Shown here piece after piece: positions 49,765 to 61,131 of a DNA stretch of 64,000 bases. The number at the start of each line of letters is the position of its first letter. Position 1 is the stretch's first letter. The notes under the pieces are model-generated. The model saw only the letters and a program-made list of their open reading frames with translations, had not been told where the DNA came from and ran no database searches. Source of the stretch: Fistulifera solaris (lineage: Eukaryota). Where the stretch lies: the NCBI GenBank assembly GCA_030295235.1, contig AP026173.1:186001-250000 (forward strand). The letters run 5' to 3'. The position numbers and the translations under genes are program-made.

Positions 49765-51201
49765 TCATTCGTAAAGTGACGACCCTTCCGCCTCCAACTT
49801 CTTTCCAATATTTACAAAATCCACAATTTGATCCGGATCCGACGCCCCCACAATGATTTTATCAATGCCCTTTTCTTTCCACACATGCCGTAAGGCAAAC
49901 TCTTGTAATCGCATGTCGTCTGGCACAGGATACTTGGGAGAATCCCCACCACCATCTTCTCCATGGATCAACAGATGTCGCACATTTTTGGCGATTGAAT
50001 ACTTGACCGCCAAATTGAACGCCCCAAAGAATGCCTCCAAAACTTTGGCCGTATCTTCGTCGTAGGACTCGAACGTGTCATGGATCAAAGGAATGACTTG
50101 TTGCAGCAAAAATTCTTCGTGCGCCGCATAGGATCGCACTCGATCGAGACCCGCATCCACATCGTGCAACAAGCTCTGCATGAGCTTACATCCATCCAAC
50201 GTTTCTCGTTGATCGGTATCCAATTCAATCCCTTGTGACTTGAGTTCCAAAATTTCTTCAGCATCAAAATGTGCCATGGCGGCCTTCAATGCGACTTGAT
50301 AGGCTTCCGGAAGTCCTGTCATTTGATGAGTCCATTGCAGTGGATCGTTCTTGTTCATAGTGGCGGGTAGTAAATAATCGCGCAACACAAACGGATGTGA
50401 GGTGGAAGTTCCTCGATCCGGATAACACGACAACGGCCGCATGGCATAATATTGAATGTGTGCGGGTGCATCTTTCTTGCTCTTTAGAAAATCAGAATGT
50501 TCCAACAGGTTGTAAGGGAATTGTACGACACAAAAATCGGGCGTATCTTGTTGCAACGCGGGCGCCACGTGGTGCAGCCAGGACAAATGCAAGGGATGCG
50601 TCGGAGGCAAACTGAATCCATTGCTAACAATCCCGTACGAATGCAAAGGACTCTCACGAACGAGCCTTTGAAGTTCTCTACAAGATTCTGACAATTGATG
50701 AGCCAGTGTTTCATCCTTCTGATCTTGTAGATTGTGATTCTTTTGGACTTCAGGATTGTGCAGCAAAACGACCAATTCAAGATGATCCGGATATTGTTCC
50801 GCCAATTTCATCAACGGCGACTGTGTCAAAGCGTAATCCAAGTAATTGGGTCCTATATTGTGCAATACTCGATTTTTTTCAACGACGACATCGCCCGGAA
50901 AGAAGTTACCGTGAATTTCTTCGGTCCCCGTTTCGGCTTCCGCGACGGATCGATATCCGACTCGTAAGAGACATTGAATTTTGCGGGGCATTTCCTTTTC
51001 TAAAATTTGTGCCAACGCCGCATCCCCTCCTTCCGTTCCCGCTTCGATACACGAGATACCTTGTTGTACAGCGGTTTGCACGAGGAGTGGATACTGCGAC
51101 GAACGCCATTTCGAGCCGCCCAAGCCGAGGCGATCGATTGCCACTGTCGATAGACATCGTTTACTGATTGTTATTCTTCTTAATAGCGTTGAGGGAATCA
51201 T
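49765..51201 (-). CDS. Aldo-keto reductase-like (NADP-dependent oxidoreductase fold) protein, probably mitochondrion-targeted
   Basis: RLGLGG, VLLHNPE, YGIVSN, VQFPYNLLE and IIVGAS resemble AKR segments. Arg/Ser-rich leader (MIPSTLLRRITISKRCLS). Confidence 0.6.
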   Translation of the reverse strand: MIPSTLLRRITISKRCLSTVAIDRLGLGGSKWRSSQYPLLVQTAVQQGISCIEAGTEGGDAALAQILEKEMPRKIQCLLRVGYRSVAEAETGTEEIHGNFFPGDVVVEKNRVLHNIGPNYLDYALTQSPLMKLAEQYPDHLELVVLLHNPEVQKNHNLQDQKDETLAHQLSESCRELQRLVRESPLHSYGIVSNGFSLPPTHPLHLSWLHHVAPALQQDTPDFCVVQFPYNLLEHSDFLKSKKDAPAHIQYYAMRPLSCYPDRGTSTSHPFVLRDYLLPATMNKNDPLQWTHQMTGLPEAYQVALKAAMAHFDAEEILELKSQGIELDTDQRETLDGCKLMQSLLHDVDAGLDRVRSYAAHEEFLLQQVIPLIHDTFESYDEDTAKVLEAFFGAFNLAVKYSIAKNVRHLLIHGEDGGGDSPKYPVPDDMRLQEFALRHVWKEKGIDKIIVGASDPDQIVDFVNIGKKLEAEGSSLYE

Positions 51202-51763
51202 TGTCTTGCTTGATGGTTATTCAATATGAATAGTAAGAAAGGTTCGTGAAGCGGCAATGCCTTGTAGAATGATGATAGACATCATCATTCATTTCATGGT
51301 CGATGCTTTTTTCGCAAGATCTTCGCTCGATCTTCCTTGATCTTCCGTTCGAAATGCTTCCACGAGCGAAGGACAGAACGCAACGGAAATGTGACCTGGT
51401 GTGACGTGACCACGAACTCTAAGTATCCGAATTTTGAACGGACGAACGGACGACGAAACGTTTCCTGTCTAGAGCTATAGTGTACAAACCTTCTTTTTGT
51501 CAGGTACTTTCTGGTAAATACTCCAGCACAGAACTTCCACCTATGGCCCTTTACTACTGTTTTTGGTTAGAATGATGTCAGCGCAGAACTGCTTGGTATC
51601 TTCGCAAAGCTGACGTATTCAATGTTGTTTCTCCCCCTCGCACGGCGCGCCACCGCAAAACACAAACTTTCTCGCAAACGGAGCCGGCTGCTTTTGAAGT
51701 CAAACGCCCTCTGTTGCAACAAAACGAAACGGCCTTGTTCTGAAGAAGACACGTTCATCAACG

Positions 51764-53271
51764 ATGATTCGAACAATCCTCAATCTCTTGCTCTTCTTGC
51801 ATCTCTTGGTGCAAGGAGACGCTTACGCGTACGGCTATGGCGGCACCTCCATGTGGGACAAAATGCCGGTCATGACGTCGGACGCCTCGGAGCCCGCCCA
51901 CCGGTCGTACAATTTGGCTCGAAATGGTGGATACGGGTACATGGGATACGATGGATGGGGCGGATACGGAATGAATCGTTATTCGCCCTACATGAGTTAC
52001 GGGTAAGTGGAGGAAGCGCCCGGGCGTGTTGCAAAATTCCGAGGCCTCACTGACTGGGGCGTGCTTTCTTCTTTCTTTTGCAGAGGTTACAACGATTATT
52101 ACGGCGGATATGGTCGTGGTTATTCGTCGTACGGGTACGGAGGATATTCGCCGTATTACAATAGGTAAGAAATGAGAGCCTTAGTGCTGTCTCTGAAAGA
52201 GAAAGGTTCCTGTCATGAAGTTCTTGCGGAGGTTTCCTGATTCTCACTTGTTCCCTTCCTTTAGGGGATACAACGATTATTACGGAGGATACGGACGTGG
52301 CTACGGATACGGAGGTTATTCTCCTTATTACAACAGGTAAGTTTATGTTATTGTTGTACGTAGAGGAGCCCGTTCGGTTGTCTGTGAATGAGGCAGCCTT
52401 CACTTCACGTGTACAAGTCATGTTGTATTGCATCCGTTTATCAAATGTCTCACGCTGTCCTCTTCTTTTTTGTCCTTCTTCAGTGGGTACTCTTCGTACG
52501 GATACGGAGGTTACTCCCCATACTACAGGTAAGAGCTTTGGAGTTGCTATTATTGCCAAGTTGACTTGAACATTTTTCTGCTGGCCTGTCTTGATGATTC
52601 GATTTGCAGATAAAAATGTCTTCTGTGTGACTGTTTCGTCTCATGCTTTCGTCTCATTCTTTTCTTTTAGCTCGTACGGCTATGGATCTGGGTAAGAACG
52701 TCGTTCGCTCATTTCGTAAAAATGCCTGCTCGAGCTGGTGTCTCATTCTTCTTTTAATTTCTTATTCATTCAGCAGATACGGCGGATACGGTGGATACGG
52801 TGGATACGGAGGCTATGGAGGTTATGGCGGATACGGTGGATACGGCCTCAGCTCGTACTACCGCCCCTACGAGTCGGACAAAATTGCTCGCGTGAGTCGC
52901 TGGACTGGCTCGGATGCTCGATACGGATACGACAGCTACTACCCTCGTTCGTACGGATATGGCTACGGTGGTGGCTACGGCGGTGGCTACGGCGGTGGCT
53001 ATTACAATAAGTAAGAAGATAAAGTTGGTGTTGGGATGATTTTGCCATCGTTTGCCTCATTGTTGTATTTGTCTCTTCCAGCTATTATGGCGGCCGCTAT
53101 GGTTCTGGCTATTACAATAACGGATACTACAATCCTTACAACAGTTACTACAACCGTGACCCCTACGCGATGAACCGAGGATACGGCATGAACTGGGGCT
53201 CGTCGTGGAGATCTCCTTTGTCTCCGGACGATATCACGTCGCGCAAGTCCTACTTTGACTGGCAGGCGTAA
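51764..53271 (+). CDS. Secreted Gly/Tyr-rich protein, 7 exons: 51764-52002, 52084-52164, 52265-52336, 52484-52528, 52671-52691, 52774/52777-53010, 53082-53271 (~294 aa)
   Basis: Signal peptide MIRTILNLLLFLHLLVQG. Six GTAAG...YAG introns with pyrimidine tracts join the exons into one frame of YGG/GYG repeats ending WRSPLSPDDITSRKSYFDWQA-stop. Confidence 0.88.
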
Positions 53272-54021
53272 ACTTCCATACCAGATACTATATTCTTGAA
53301 TGTTTTCCAATACTATTTTAAAACGATTAACCATGTGTTGTAATGTTAAGTTAGGTCTCTAGATTAGGTCTGGGATCTTACGTAGGTTTCGGTTTGTGTT
53401 CGTGGGGAACTTTAGTTGGTTCCGCAGCCGAGCGCCAACGCTTTCCATGGAGTTGGGCGTTAGACCCAAAGATATCGAAGCTCACACGATAGGAAAGAAG
53501 AACGCTGATGATAGGTGGATCCAAGCAAAGAGAAACTAATCGAGTTAGGAGCATTGGCGATGAAGGCAGATGGTCATCCGTTTGGGTGGGTCTCGTTATC
53601 TCTTCACGCTCGCTCATTCGTCCATTGTTGTTCGACAGTTTTTCGCCCGAAGACGGTCAGTACTGCCAACGTCATACATGTTGATTGACGACAGCTGACC
53701 ACTTTTCATCTCTGATAGAGTAGTGTACGATTTCTGGATGACGTGGGTTTGCGCGCCCGTCGAGCACACAAACTGCAACCTTCGACGACCACGTCGTGGC
53801 AAAAAAAGTCTTGGGGGGTGGAGAAAACCCAAGTTTTTGCGCGCGCAAGGGTACGCACTTTCTTCGTTCCATTCTTTTGACACCCATCGCATTGTCGTGT
53901 CCTTCATTCTCTTTCTTCTGATTCTTCCAGTTCTCTCTCTTTTCGAACCAGCATTCCTCTGTCTTCCTTTTTCCCATTGTTGACGCTTCCTCTTTCTATA
54001 AAGCAGCAAACAAACAAAACA

Positions 54022-55110
54022 ATGATGCTTCAAAAGACACTCTTACTACTTCTCGTAGCGAACGTCTCGGCTTACACCGCGAGCAGCTACGCTTCTTCGG
54101 GCCGTGAATGGACGACCGAAACCGGTTTTCAGCCCAATTATTACGCCGGACATTACGGCGGTAACTACGCCCCGGGACCCTGGCAGGGTTCGTTCTCTCG
54201 CTCGCTCGACACCGCCGACGGCTTTCAGCAAGGAAAATCGTCGCGCTGGACGGGCTCGTCGCCGACCGCCTCGTATTCGCCGTACGTGCAGCCAATGTGG
54301 AACAACAACGGCTACTATCCGTCGAGCGAATACGGCTATGACAATATGTATCAAGGTCAAGGGTATCAAAGATCGAACAACAACAACTATCGTTTCTATG
54401 ATGACAACAGTTACTCGTCACGGTCCCCATACAGCCAGTCCTACCGCAATGGCAACTATGGGTACGGCGTTTCGAGTCAGTATTCAGGCTATCGCAACAA
54501 TGGGTATGCGAATGGGTATGCGAATCAGGCGTACGGCTTCGACAATCGTCGTTCCGATCAAATGAACGGCAAGAAAGTCGACCGCTGGACCGGGTCGTCC
54601 CCCACCACCAGCAACAGCCGTTATCTGTATGATTATGGAGGCCGCTATTACAACATCGATAACTCCTACGAAGATTCGTACTACAATGGTGCAGAAATGC
54701 CCTATTATTCTCAAGACGGATACGGTCGTCGGGCCGACAACTATCGCTACGGAAACTACCAGAATTACAAGCCATCGTCTATGGACGGACGAGAACCCTA
54801 CAACCAGTGGACTTCTGGATCTTCAAGAAATTATGGTAACCGCAACTACGATCGATACCAGACATCTTACAATGATCGAGGTTACTACCGAAACGGAGCC
54901 TACGACAACCGTGATGCCTACTACGACAATAACTATGGACGCTACGGCTTTGATCGCAGTGCCTATCGCGCCAATGAACAGATGAACTCGTACCAGAACT
55001 CGATTTATGGTTCGGGGCGTCAACAAGGACAGTCATGGAAGTCGCCCTTGTCTCCCGATGACATGGCTTCGCGAAAATCATCTGACGATTGGTCTTCGGC
55101 GTCACGTTAA
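54022..55110 (+). CDS. Secreted Tyr/Asn/Gly/Ser-rich protein, intronless, related to the upstream gene
   Basis: Signal peptide MMLQKTLLLLLVANVSA. Two RWTGSSPT motifs. C-terminus WKSPLSPDDMASRKSSDDW. Confidence 0.88.
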   Translation: MMLQKTLLLLLVANVSAYTASSYASSGREWTTETGFQPNYYAGHYGGNYAPGPWQGSFSRSLDTADGFQQGKSSRWTGSSPTASYSPYVQPMWNNNGYYPSSEYGYDNMYQGQGYQRSNNNNYRFYDDNSYSSRSPYSQSYRNGNYGYGVSSQYSGYRNNGYANGYANQAYGFDNRRSDQMNGKKVDRWTGSSPTTSNSRYLYDYGGRYYNIDNSYEDSYYNGAEMPYYSQDGYGRRADNYRYGNYQNYKPSSMDGREPYNQWTSGSSRNYGNRNYDRYQTSYNDRGYYRNGAYDNRDAYYDNNYGRYGFDRSAYRANEQMNSYQNSIYGSGRQQGQSWKSPLSPDDMASRKSSDDWSSASR

Positions 55111-55469
55111 GAAAATATTACGTTTTCATGACCAGCTTTTTTGTGCACTCTGCAAGGCAATCAAGATATTATCATGATATTGTGTGTAAATCTAACTAAA
55201 TAAGACTCCTTGATATAATAGTCTATCGGCTGCTCACAAAACATTGCTCTGAGTCGATACAAAATGCATACGGAGTAGCAGATAGCGTTATTCACGTCGG
55301 CCAAGAACTCTTTCAAGTTCTGTAGGCTTAAACAACAAACCTATGCTTTAGTTGACGTTGCTCTATCAACTTCAGTTTAAAAACGAAAATTCAACGAACC
55401 TAGCTAAACCTTCAAACAGAATCCCTTTTGTTCTTTGGATGACCCCAAATGCCCTCCCACCGAGTCGGA

Positions 55470-55533
55470 TGACGTCGTTGATGCAAAAGTATGACGTGGT
55501 CGATGCAAAAATTGCTGACGTTGTCGATGCAGA
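55470..55533 (+). repeat. Three imperfect direct repeats of TGACGTnGTyGATGCA
   Basis: Copies start at 55470, 55492 and 55516. Confidence 0.75.
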
Positions 55534-55836
55534 TTTGAAGTTCTGGATGACGCGACACCCAAACACTTGGACGGACGGACAAGACTTCAGTCCTCGATCA
55601 TGTCGTTAGTCACGAATCAATATTGAAAAAACTACGGAGTAATACGATGTTCGCCATTTGGCTACTATAATAAGTTCTAATCGAGCAAGCACAAAATTTT
55701 ATTCTTGGCGATCAAAAAAATTTATGATGATCATACAAGTTTACGCAAGTCTCACTTATGCTGATACAAGTAATTTTACACATTATTCATGAGGCGCGCT
55801 AGGCAAACGTTGCAGGAGGGCCTCATCGCAAAACAC

Positions 55837-58800
55837 TTAGAAGCCCTCAAAAGAGCCATATGTTTATCGCTGAGAGGAGGTCCTTTGTCCAACGTCTTGT
55901 CGGTCACACCACTCCAATCATCAAAGTTTGAAGTGTCGAACAGACTCTTGATCGTGGGAATCCATGGAGCTTGTATTGCTCGCTCTCTCATTCTGACCGT
56001 GCTGAGATCACCGAACCACCTATGACTTAAAATGTCTTTTTCTCCGCGAGCCAAGGAACCAAGACGGTTTGATGGAGACTTTTCCAGTAACCTTGAAATG
56101 AAGTCAACCGCCTCCGGAGATCGTCCTTCCAATTCGGGAAAGTCTTCTTCAACGATCAGCCGATAAAGTTCGAACTGCTCAATACCGTCCTCATAAAAGG
56201 ACTAAAGCCCATGACCATTTCATAGCTCAAAACCCCCAGTGCCCAGTGGTCGACAGGCCAACTATGGCCTTGCGATATCACAATTTCAGGTGCAAGGTAG
56301 GCCGGGGTGCCACAAAGGGTGAATGTTTGATCCAAGACTTTCTTTGTGAAGCCGAAGTCGATCAGCTTAGGAAAACCAAACCTGTCGAGCATAACGTTTT
56401 CAGGTTTGAGATCGCGGTATACATATTTCTTTTGATGCAAATGAGCCAGGGCATCTGCAATTCCCAGCAAGTAAAAGCGAGCTCTATCCTCGTGTATCTT
56501 GATCCGACCGTCATCATTGTTGAGAATTGAAAATAGCTCTCCGCCTGGCACAAAATCCAGTAGCATATAAACAAATGCAGCGTCTTGAAAGGTTTGGAAA
56601 AGATCGATGATGAAGGGATGGTTCACATTCAGAAGAACATCTTTCTCGCGCTTACAAACCTCTACCTCTCCTTCGGTAATAAGGTGGTACTTCGATTGGA
56701 TCTTCAAAACGTAGGGTTGCTGCTTCTTAGCCTCCTTGTCGACGACCAACCAAACCTGACCAAATTCTCCTTCACCCAAACAAACCCGTCTTTCCAGGTT
56801 TTCAAGCTTGATATTCAGATTGAGGCTTGCCTTCGGCGAGTATAAGTGAAGATTATCATTGTCAAGGGCATCGGAAGATGATTTTGCTTTCTTGGCCTTT
56901 TTCTCATCTTTCAATGTACGTGGTTTCGAACTTCTAGTGCTTTCAGCTGTCACTTCAACATTTGCCTTTGTCGACTTCGGAGAAGCTAGTGGACTCTCCA
57001 TAGCGTTAGTATCGTTTGTAACAACGACTTGATCACCAAAGAACGCATAATAATCTTTCACGGACAGAACACCGCACGTGCAGTCGGATTCTGCAGTTAC
57101 TTTGGACAACGACCTCCCCTTCAGCGACTTATTATCTCTGGCCGACTGAAATAAGTTCTCCCCAAAATGTGCCCCTTCGGAAATCAGAAGTAAGTTTCGC
57201 CCCTCCGTTTCATAGACCTTCCCAGATCGAACGAAATAAATTGCAGCATCTACGTCTTGATCGGCTTCAATGATCGTGTCGCCTTTTGAATATTCGACGT
57301 TCTTAATCAACCGAGTTAGACCCACAATTTCGTAGTGTTTCAAAGGTCTTCCAGGTTTTCGTTCAAAAGATCTTACGGAATGAAGAGTTCTGGAATGAAT
57401 CGGAACCAAACTGGAACCCATAGCTTGGTCTTTGAGTTCTCTCGATACAACGTAGGCCTTTCCGTGAGTCAAAGCAACCACATTTGCTTTCATGATTGGT
57501 TCTTCGGCGAGTATTGCATGTTTTCCAAAGTAATCACCAGGGCCCATAATTTTGTTGTCTTTACTTAAACGGCCAACCTTTACGTCTCGGCACTCCACAC
57601 TACCTTCTGCTATCAAGAAAAACTTGTCGCCAATGTTGTCTTGCTTCGCTAAGGTTTCGCCTTTTTGAACTTGACGAGGGTGAGCAGATTGGAAAGCTTG
57701 TGGAGCTGTTCTGTCGACGCATTCTCTAAAAAGTCGAGCTTTTCTAATAAAGCTCGCTTGTGTACAGTGCTCCTAGTCGCCTCGTCCTGAAGCAAGTGCC
57801 TGAAGGTCGTCTGGTCGAATCGGTACAAAACTGAATCGGTAGTAGCCGTTGCAGATGCAAGACGACGTGAGTTGTGCAGCAATGCTTCCTCACCGAAGGA
57901 ATCACCATTCGTTGCCACATCATGCCTTTCACCATCAATGATAATGTCACACTGTCCGTCAGCGACGACATAGAAGTACTTATCCTCGTCGCCTTGCGCA
58001 AACAACTGGGTCCCCGCTGGAACATTGACCTTTTCGAATGCAGCTGTGAGTGACTTAATGGTCTTGTCAGGTAAATTTTCAAAGACGAATCGCTTTTTGA
58101 TTGCATTCTTCAGAAGTCGTTCCTCTTGATCCGTTTTTGGGTGTCGAGGAGCTTTAAAATTTGTAGGCAGCTTGGTTGGGACCTGATAGACATTACCAGC
58201 CTGACGTATAACAGGTACACCGTCTTTTCCTCCTTGGTCCTCGAAACGAGCTATTCTGGCAATAAACGAAGCTTTTTTCTTTTCTCTTTCGCGGAGAAAG
58301 TAGCGGGCCTGACAACTTCTTGGGTTGAATAGGGCTTAAGTCAGGTTCGACTATCTTTGTTTCTGCGCGCTTCTTCTTTTCCTTTTTCTCTTTCTTGTCC
58401 TTCTCTTTCTTACTGCTTTTCGACTTTTTTGGCGACGACTTAGGAGACTCAAACTCAGCGAGTGGTGGCACTGGAATCGGTGCAGCGTTTGAGGGGTCTT
58501 TTATTTCTTCAGTCGCATCGTGACGCATCGAAGATTCGCCGTCGTCCTCGTAGAGCTCTTCATCCGCTTCATGAATTACTTCCGGATGCTTATCGGCATT
58601 GAACACCTCGCGTATAGGACCGTCTTCATTGGAGAAGCTTTCGGATCCATCTTGCCATGTTTCGACGAATAGGCCTCTATTGCACTGTACAGGCAGAGAG
58701 AATCGATGTCGCTCCTTGGTGGGTGAAGTGGGCTCGGAAGAAGCAGAATCTGAATGATTACTGTTGTCGAGAGGACGTATAACTGCCGGGCCATTCTGCT

Positions 58801-60466
58801 TTATTTGATTTTCATAAGTGTTGCGGGCTATTCTCACAGGGCTTATGAGATCTTTGTTTCGAGGAGGAGTGAGAGATTGCTCGCGTTTTATTTGATTCTC
58901 AAATACGCCCCGAGCCATCATGACAGGGCTGGCAATTTCTTTGGGAGGAGGCGGTGGTGGCGGAGGTTGTTGTTCCTCTGAGGGTTCACTATCAATCTCG
59001 GATACTTCAATGCGCTCTGTTCGCAAAACTTCAGATTCTGCCTCTTCGTTTGCAACAGGCGTCACATTGTGCGTTGATGTGTCGTCTAATTCTAGTCCTG
59101 TCATGTCTTGTCGGATGTCATCGTGCATCATGGGTGGTTTTGGGAGTTCTTGCTTCGCCGCATTATTGGCAACTTTGCTCAAGAAGCGCTCGGCGACCGT
59201 ACCGCGTTTTGCACTGATAGGGCCACGATAATGTCCAGGTTCAACCACAACTGGCCTCTGAGCTTTATTTTCAGTAGCGTTGGTAGCATCACCTTCGGCA
59301 TCCGTCGTCTCAATAATGGCAGGAAACGCTGGCTGCCTAACGGATGCAGCGGGTTGCACTGAAGCAGCTGCATCTTTTCCCCATCGCCGTGTCGTCCCTG
59401 CAAAGCTGACGGGTGGGGTCGCTTTCTGGGTAGCATCGCTAACCGAAGACGGAAAAAGTTCCCTGAGGCCGTCCACCCGAACGATTTCCCAAGAATTTGT
59501 TCCTCAATTCGGAAAAAGACGTTGCCGAGTTGTCTAAAGAGTTTTTCGATTTTTCATTTTCCTGTAGCGAAACTTCTGAAGGGTCAAATCCGTCCATTGA
59601 AATCGAAGTATTCGAAGATTGCAATCCTCCTTTGTCTGTTTTCAAATCCATTGAAGGAACATCATTCACCTCGGCGGAAACGAATTCATTCTCTATACTA
59701 TGGGAGCTTGTTAGTGCTAGCAGAGGCGTTTCGACCTCGTCAATCACTTCAGTCACTTCATCGTCTTCCGATTTCCTTTCGGTCACTTCATCGCTCGCTT
59801 CGATCCTATTTTCCCCGTCAACGACATCGTCGGTTAGTTCAACGGTCGCTTCAATTTTCTTTTCTTTGACTTTGTCCTTGGATCTCTTTTTCTCCTTTTT
59901 CACTTTCGCCGATTTGTTGGATTTTGACGATCGAGGTACATCGTCATCCCTCTTTTGGGTGATTTTTGGTGCTTGGTGAGTTTCTTCGGAGATATTATTA
60001 CTGGCGAAGAAGTTATTGACGGATAAGGGTTCAGAAGCATATTCAGGTTGGCATCATTCTGTTTCTTCGCATTATCAATATCAAAGACTTCTCGACAGGC
60101 TTCCATCGTCAAAACCGCGCATACGCAGGCATCGTCGGCCGCTGTGACCGAGTAGGGTGAAATCACAATGGCAGAATCGTTGCCTTCGGAAGCTTTCAAT
60201 AATTCTTCACCAAAATTGCACCCACTCGGCAGTTTGATCGGCGCCATACCATCACGTCCCAACCATACGCTTCCCGTAATGACCAAGTAAAGGGCTGCCT
60301 TGGTTTCTTCATGAAGCTCGGTTATAATTTCGTCTTTATTGTAGGGTCGCACATCAATCTTACTGACCAACTCTTTGTATTGCGTATTCGTCAGTTTGCT
60401 TTCACGAAAGACATTTATACATTTGAGATCGTAATAAAGTGAATTGTAGTCGTCGAGTGCTGGCAT
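55837..60466 (-). CDS. cNMP-regulated AGC kinase (PKG-like) with several cyclic-nucleotide-binding domains and a long disordered linker; indel-split
   Basis: Kinase motifs LGEGEFGQV, YRDLKPEN, DFG, CGTPAYLAPE and an AGC tail (PWIP...FDTSNFDDW). CNB domains: QGDEDKYFYVV...FGEEAL, IAEGSV...GDYFG, IYFVRSG...HFGE, LYLVITG...NFGE. Confidence 0.85.
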
Positions 60467-61131
60467 GTTGCTATTGAACTATAGCTTTTAATGATGCAAA
60501 AGATAGATGAAGCTCATCAATAGCTTTCACTGGAAACAAAAAAAGAGAAAACAAGACGGCGGAGTAATTTAGGGGGACTTCTTTGGCTTCTCCTGACCAC
60601 GACAGACCAACGCGGTATCACTTGTGCTTGTACAGTTTCATGCGATAGACTTCGCGCAAGATTTCTCTACAGTTTTGAGGACACTCGTGAAAGACGGGAC
60701 TGTTCACAAGTCACAATGACCGTCACATGCCGAAGCAGAAAGTGTCACTCCAGTCAGTCACAATATTTATTTCGAGAAACACGTCGTAACACGCAATACG
60801 CGTTTCTTCGGGAATCATCTAAGGTTATGCTTACAAAATTAAGGTAAACAAACAAACTTACCAGCATAGTTTCCCTTTTCATCCGTCGATCACTAACGCG
60901 TATTTGAATCCGTTATCAGAATAAAGCGGAAAAACATACTATGTGAAAGGTCGCCTCCTCCTTGTTTACACACGAAAGAATTGCTTTCCCTTTAGCTCAT
61001 TTGGTATATCAATAAGATCTAGATTAAATTTTGATAATGTAAGCGCGCAACGCATTTCAAAAAGTCTTAATATTTATTGATACTACCAGCCCCTTCACTT
61101 AACTTCCGCTTCCACCGATAGATTGCTATAT

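Noticed and set aside
52778..52846. Regular 9-bp repeats (tacggtgga-like) as a CRISPR array or satellite
   Set aside because: These are synonymous-variant codons for YGG repeats inside a coding exon, with no spacers.
2663..60466. Frameshifts in HECT, PP2Cs, Rtf2, UvrBC and kinase read as programmed frameshifting or mass pseudogenisation
   Set aside because: They affect most long genes, often fall in homopolymer runs, and leave catalytic motifs intact. This is typical of uncorrected long-read indels.
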